Source: Octopus bimaculoides (lineage: Eukaryota). From it: 50,963 bases of DNA. Both the position numbers and the translations under genes were made by a program. The notes beneath the pieces are model-generated. The model saw only the letters and a program-made list of their open reading frames with translations, was not told the origin of the DNA and made no database searches. Below, piece after piece: positions 45,398 to 50,963 of the stretch (its first letter is position 1; every line of letters begins with the position of its first letter). The DNA lies in assembly GCF_001194135.2 (NCBI RefSeq), contig NC_068994.1, forward strand, positions 24,777,202 to 24,828,164. The letters are read 5' to 3'.

Positions 45398-45430
45398 GTT
45401 TCAGCTGATATACCCTCCAGCCTTCATCAG
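45398..45430 (-). ncRNA. Hammerhead catalytic core plus stem II (3' part lost or diverged)
   Basis: CUGAUGA-A-GGCUG[GAGGGUAUAU]CAGCU-GAAAC. No in-register NUH and no stem I partner in this copy. Confidence 0.6.
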
Positions 45431-45504
45431 GTGTCTTGGGGAAATTTCGAACCTGGGTTCTCATTCCTAAGGTATTTTATTATTCAATGTTATTATTATT
45501 ATTC

Positions 45505-45578
45505 AGGTCACTGCCTGCAATCAAACCCAAAATCTTGGGGTTAGTAGCTCACGCTCTTAACCACTACGCCATATCCCC
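45505..45578 (-). promoter_or_regulatory. tRNA-like Pol III internal promoter (A and B boxes)
   Basis: A-box TGGCGTAGTGG (45571-45561) fits the consensus perfectly; B-box GGTTTGATTGC (45527-45517) has two mismatches. Confidence 0.7.
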
Positions 45579-48179
45579 ATGGGCAATTATGGAGTGAATT
45601 TTAGGGCTTATAAATCTAATATTTTCCTATCCTTCCTGAATACTGGTTCCCATATGCTATTCATATCTGCACTGGGTCTGCTTAGGAGGTTGTTGTGTTC
45701 TAGCATATGTACTGCTTCTTTTAGTTTTCATATTTTCCAGTGGTGTTCCCTGTCTATTACTTTAACTTCATCCCACAGGGAGAGGTAGTCTCGATTTTTC
45801 CATACATGATCAGCTATGCCCGATTTATCAATATCTCCTCGTGTCACAGCTTTGCGATGTTCCTCTACCCTTATTTTGAGGGGGCGGCATGTTTCTCCTT
45901 TGTATGACCTACCACAGCTGCATGGGATGGAGTACATGCAGTTTTTGGTCATATTCTGTTCTATTGGTGGTTTTACTTGAAGGAAATATTTGCAAACTGT
46001 CGTATTACTCTTGAATACTGTCCTGATGTCATATGGGCCGCATATCTTTTGTATCTTTTCAGAGAGGCCTTTCACATAGGGTAGACAGACTGTGGACAGT
46101 TTACTGGTTTCATCCTCTCTTTTCTTCATAATTGGAGTGGATAGTATGTTTTTGGGGTAGTTGTTGCTTAATAGATTGTTACTGAGCTTGATCATTTCTT
46201 CGTGGTGAGTATCATGATTACTACTTATATTCTTTGCTTGATGTTTTAGGCACTGTGCAATCCCTCTCTTTACACTGTGGATGGTGGGAACTGAAGTTGA
46301 GGTATCATCCAGTAAAGGTCAGCTTGTGGTATACGGATGTCCTGAATCCGTACTTGGTGCTTGCTATTAATACGTCCAGGGTTGCTAGCTGATTGTCTTC
46401 TTTTTCCATTGTGAACTGTATGGATGGCTTTATTGAGTCCATATGATTTAACAGCACTTGGACATCTTCCTGGTGGGGACAGAGTATAAAGGTGTCATCA
46501 AGATATCGCAGCCATAGGGTTGGTTTTAGTGGTGTTGATCCTAAAGCCAAATTCTCAAAGTATTCCATGTATATATTGGCTATTATCAGTGATAATGGCG
46601 AACCCATAGCTAAACCATCTTCTTGTCGATATATATCAGTGTCTATACTGAAGTAGGTAGTTTCTACATAGAAGGTCAACATTTCCATCAAGTTTCTTAT
46701 TGGTATACTAGTGCGTTCTTTTAGATGGGTGTTTGTCACTAGTTTCTCTTGAATCACCAATAGTGCTTCACCAGTTGGGACTTTGGTGAACAGATTTATC
46801 ACATATAGACTTACCATCTGGTTGGATTCAAGGGGGTATCCTTAATCAATTCTGTGAAGTGGGTGGAATTCTTCATGAATGATGTTGACATTCCTGCTAA
46901 TGAACTGATAATATCAACAAGGAAGCGACTCAGTGGATGACATGCTGAACCTCTACAGCTCACTATAGGTCTTAATGGAATACCATCCTTGTGAATCTTA
47001 GGGAGACCGTACATGTGTGGTAGTTTACTGTAGTGTTGAGTCTATATAATCAGTTGTGCTGTTGCTATTTCTCTTACTTTCATTACTTGATCTATTAGTT
47101 TGTTCTTTTTACATTTATTTTTTAATTGGAGCATCATTTTTACCTCTTGCAGCAGTTGACTTATGTATCATAATCATTGGGAATGACTGCTAAAAAGGAA
47201 AACATCATGCTTTGGAGGAAAGTGGCTGCAAGAGTATGAAACTAGGTTGTGAAAGTAACTTTCCAATTTTAAAAGTAATTAATAAATTTTCTGCATACAA
47301 ATATTACCATTAATAATAAGAATTAAAAAGAAGATATTATTACTTATCAGGTTAACAGAGACTCTGAATCTTCTGATTCAGAGACAGAAAAATTAAGACC
47401 TTATGCATCATATCTGTTTCAAAATGTTAATATTTTTTCATTAAATCAAACCAGTATGTGACTGGGCTTCAGGCTATCAGTTCTACTGAGTTGAGAATCA
47501 AGTTTCAACTTTGCCAGAATTTAATCTCTAGATGGAGGGGAATAAAAAATAACAATTAATTTAGCATTTTTTCAGTTTTGACAGTTTGCTTCCTTAAATC
47601 ATGGTATTTAGTATTTTCAACCCAAATATTTAAAATCAACAATATTTCAATAATAGTACATTCTTTTGTTACCTCTTTTGTCAGGTTCAACTTTCTTCAC
47701 CTTTTTTCAAATCTGTCTTGGTTTTCCTCTTTCACAGATTCCCTCCATTTTTATCGCTTGGCATTTCTTTACCAAACTGTCAGTTTCTATATGCATTACA
47801 TGTTGGTCCAGCACAGTCTCCTTTCTAGCATCATGGGGCCAATTCCTCATATGCTCAATTTTACTTTCTACTCATATGTGCTTTATTTGCACTTAATATT
47901 ACATACCCAGCAGAGCATGCTCGCCTCATTTTTAAAGCAAAACTGCCTTTACATTCAGTGTCCATATTTCATAAGCATGCGATGTCACATCACTTTGTAT
48001 ACAAGCATCACACAATCTGCACTTCACTCAGAGGAGTAGTTGATGCTAAGTGCACCCATAAGGGGAATACCTTCAAATACCTTTAATTAGTAGCTTTTGT
48101 TATCTAAGTGACCTAATGTTGAGTGCTCTGAATATGACTAGTTATAACAAGAACCTAGCAGTTGGATAAACTGAAGTAT

Positions 48180-48410
48180 ATTCTTTTATTCTTTCACTTG
48201 TTTCAGTCGTTTGACTGCCGACATGCTGGAGCACTGCCTTTAGTCGGAGAAATCAACCCCAGGACTTATTCTCTGTAAGACTAGTACTTATTCTATCAGT
48301 CTCTTTTGCCGAACTGCTTAGTTATGGGGACATAAATACACCAACATTGATTGTCAGCCGATGGCGTGGGGACAAATACAAGACGCACACACAAATATAT
48401 ACATATATAT
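48180..48410 (-). mobile_element. SINE 3' half
   Basis: Reverse complement of the 39942-40140 tail family. Confidence 0.8.
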
Positions 48411-48412
48411 AT

Positions 48413-48621
48413 ACTTTTCTACCCTAGGCACAAGGCCCAAAATTTTGGGGTAAGGAGCCAATCGATTAGATTGACTCCCAGTACACAACTGGTACTTAAT
48501 TTATCGACCCTGCAAGGATGAAAAGCAAAGTTGACTTTAGTGGAATTTGAACTCAGAATGTAGACAGACGAAATACCGCTAAGCATTTTGCCTGGCATGC
48601 TAACGTTTCTGCCAGCTCCTG

Positions 48622-48627
<6 letters not shown>
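48413..48627 (-). mobile_element. tRNA-headed SINE with Deu/Nin-like central domain
   Basis: Minus strand: gagctggcagaaacgttagc head, gagttcaaattcc B-box, cttttcatccttgcagggtcgataaattaagtaccag central motif. Confidence 0.75.
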
Positions 48628-48676
<49 letters not shown>

Positions 48677-48677
<1 letters not shown>

Positions 48678-48940
48678 TAGCAGAGATACCCAACCTTGCT
48701 CAGGATTAAAATAGCATAGTTTATTTTTTGTGTTACTTGTTTCAGTCATGTGATTGCAGCCATGCTGGAGCACCGCCATTGGTCAAACAAATCAATCACA
48801 AGATTTATTCTTTGTAAGCCTAGTACTTCTTCTATAAGAGTCTTTTGCTGAACCATTAAGTTATGGGAACGTAAACACAGCAACATCGGTTGTCAAGCAA
48901 CAGTGGGGATACACACACAAATAAACACATATATACGACA
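48677..48940 (-). mobile_element. Composite SINE plus Helitron-type 3' end (second copy)
   Basis: CTAG at 48677-48680 next to (TA)n, a degenerate hairpin, and the same SINE junction as 27012-27330. Confidence 0.65.
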
Positions 48941-48994
48941 TTCTTTGGCTGATAGTTAGCAAGGTGAGACACACAGAAGAAAGAAGAAAGCAAA

Positions 48995-49039
48995 GGACCA
49001 CTGATGAGGTCACAGAAGTGTGACGAAAGAACTCTGGCC
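48995..49039 (+). ncRNA. Minimal type I hammerhead ribozyme with canonical core, candidate
   Basis: GGACCA-CUGAUGA-G-GUCAC[AGAAGU]GUGAC-GAA-AG[AA]CU-C/UGGCC. Canonical core, 5-bp stem II, 2-bp stem III, CUC triplet, 5-bp stem I with one bulged A. Confidence 0.72.
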
Positions 49040-49139
49040 GAAATAGGATTAATGTAATATAAAGCTGAAGCAAATTAACACCAAATATACAGTGCGTGTG
49101 TTTTTATTGGCAAAACTGGCAATATGACCATCCCCAAGT

Positions 49140-49228
<89 letters not shown>

Positions 49229-49240
49229 TACATACATATA

Positions 49241-50400
49241 TCTTATACATATATAAAAGCAAGTTGTCTGTTTGTATCAAGTTGCTATCTACACCTGTTA
49301 ATGAATTTTCGTGAAACTTTACAAACATGCTAAAGTAGCATCCTTTATGAGCTTGTTACTAGGTTCATTGAAGTTTAATAAAAATCTATAATTGGATGGC
49401 TACGGCCCCGAGAAGGGATCCGAATGTATAACCCTTACTCATCAAGGGAAATAACCCACTCATTTTCCTAACCAAAGGAAATAACTCATTCGTTTTCCTA
49501 TATATAATAAAACAAAAAAATGTATGATAAATACTTCTCGATTTATTAAACAAGCATTCTACATTACGTGGACTTCCTTACAAAAAATTGTCAGACAAGT
49601 TCAGTGATTTTATTTGGTATAAATCACATTGAATATGTTTATTTCTTAGTATTTGAACTGTTTGAGCTATTTTCTTCATTCATATTGATAGCTGTGTTGA
49701 TGTTTTCTTAACATGTACCTTCTACTTTTCTTTAACAACCAAAGGGAAATAACCCATTTAAAATTCCTTATTTTTTCTTTTCCGCCCACTGGTCATCTGC
49801 CCTGTCATAAAGGTCACATGTTGTTTACATGTAGGAACACTTTCTTAAAAAAGATCAAATCTGAGTTCTCGACCTGTGCATGCACGAAAACTGCAGCAAA
49901 AACATTCTACTTATTTCTGTTAGTGACTTATTCATGAATATGCTATGAATGACGATGCTTTTCATGTCACTTCAGCCAATTGACAGGTGCTACATGAAGA
50001 TCTGTTCTGCTTTTTGACAAATACACTGTCATCACAAAGGTCACGCCCTATTTACATGTAGGAACACCTTCTTAATTTATATTGATAGATGTGTTAATGT
50101 TTTGTAACAATGTAATCTATGTAACAACCAACCACACAAGCAGACAGAAATTGTCATTTATCTATCAATAACATTGCAATCTGCACTGTATTCATACAGT
50201 TCACATGCTGTTTACATGTAAGAACATTTTCTTAATTCATATTGATAGTTATGTTGATGTTTTCGTAAATGTTGTAAATGCATTGATAATCTACATGTTA
50301 TTTTATTTTAAAATCTATATGCTAATTTATTTGTATGTCTACTGTAAAACTAAACGTCAGTTTTTTTCTATGTTCATTGCAAATCTATTTCAACACTAGT
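49241..50400 (+). mobile_element. Helitron-like non-autonomous element (5' end supported, 3' end uncertain) with internal repeats
   Basis: A|TCttatacatatataaaagcaagttgtctgtttgt start; two internal repeat families; a CTAG|T at 50396-50400 lacks a hairpin. Confidence 0.45.
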
Positions 50401-50963
50401 GCCACTGAGGGTAATATTCTCTGGGAATGCACAAAAGCTTTTTTCAGAGTTATCTACTTTGGATTGTTATCATCTCATATCTGAGTAACCTGTTATTACA
50501 TAACATGCTTCACGATTTTGGTATACATACCTTATTGATACTTCCTCCTAAGTTCTATATTCTCTGGGAATGCATTAAAGCCCTTTTTGGGGCTACTGTA
50601 TTTGAACTCTTACTATTGGGTAACTAATTTCATGTTATTACATAACTGACATCACAATTTGGGTATTCATAACTTAGTGGGATTTCCTAAAAACAAGATC
50701 CTATATAAGACAGTTCGGTATTCTTTGTAAATGCACAAAAACCGTTTTAAGGGCTACATACTTTGTATTGCTGTTATTGGATTAGCGAAACAATTACGAG
50801 AACGCTTTTCTGGGAATTACCAGGTACATCAGCTAATATACATATATATACATAAATATACATGCATACATATACATAGTGAAAGTATTAATAATGAAAC
50901 TATCAAAACTGAAAGTATCATCTCACATTACAGTAGAGATGTTATTGTTTCACTTTTGACACG

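Larger units (their letters stand above)
45398..47160 (-). mobile_element. Penelope-like element (Penelope/Poseidon-type): RT, GIY-YIG and 3' terminal region
   Basis: YGLPKIHKDGIPLRPIVS; GLAMGSPLS; WLRYLDDTF; IQFTMEKE; VCLPYVKGLSE; CMYSIPCSCGRSYKGETCRPLKIRVEEH. Reading through one stop, the ORF ends at TAA 45608-45610. Confidence 0.9.

Noticed and set aside
47362-47383. 9-bp perfect hairpin (also a 7-bp hairpin at 26029-26046)
   Set aside because: Isolated, no second copy in the window and no known motif; plausible by chance in 51 kb.

Overview
This is AT-rich, microsatellite-dense animal DNA. The SINE repertoire and repeat content suggest a cephalopod (Octopus-like) draft assembly; that is an inference, as no search was run. 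I find no supportable host protein-coding gene, rRNA, true tRNA or CRISPR array. The window is a stack of nested transposable elements: three R4/Dong-clade RLE retrotransposon pieces plus an array of their 3' ends, two head-to-tail Tx1/L1-like LINEs (the second split by a near-complete RTE with a 9-bp TSD), several further RTE fragments, a CRE-like RLE fragment, two Penelope-like (GIY-YIG) remnants, a hAT transposon, mariner and unassigned DDE relics, MITEs, Helitron ends and many tRNA-headed SINEs. The best signals are not in the ORF track. (1) Four sequence-unrelated minimal type I hammerhead ribozyme motifs: two well formed (2344-2389 minus; 48995-49039 plus) and two degenerate (36721-36756; 45398-45430). 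(2) A Penelope-like element whose 3' end carries a tRNA-like Pol III promoter followed by a hammerhead core. (3) An R4-like family whose junctions all fall in (ATAC)n, building a tandem array with a covarying 3'-UTR hairpin. (4) A poly(A)-less Tx1 tandem with a shared CTCAGTGT junction. (5) An in-frame polyQ tract just before an RT catalytic motif. All folds and alignments were done by eye, and boundaries without a TSD or TIR are approximate.
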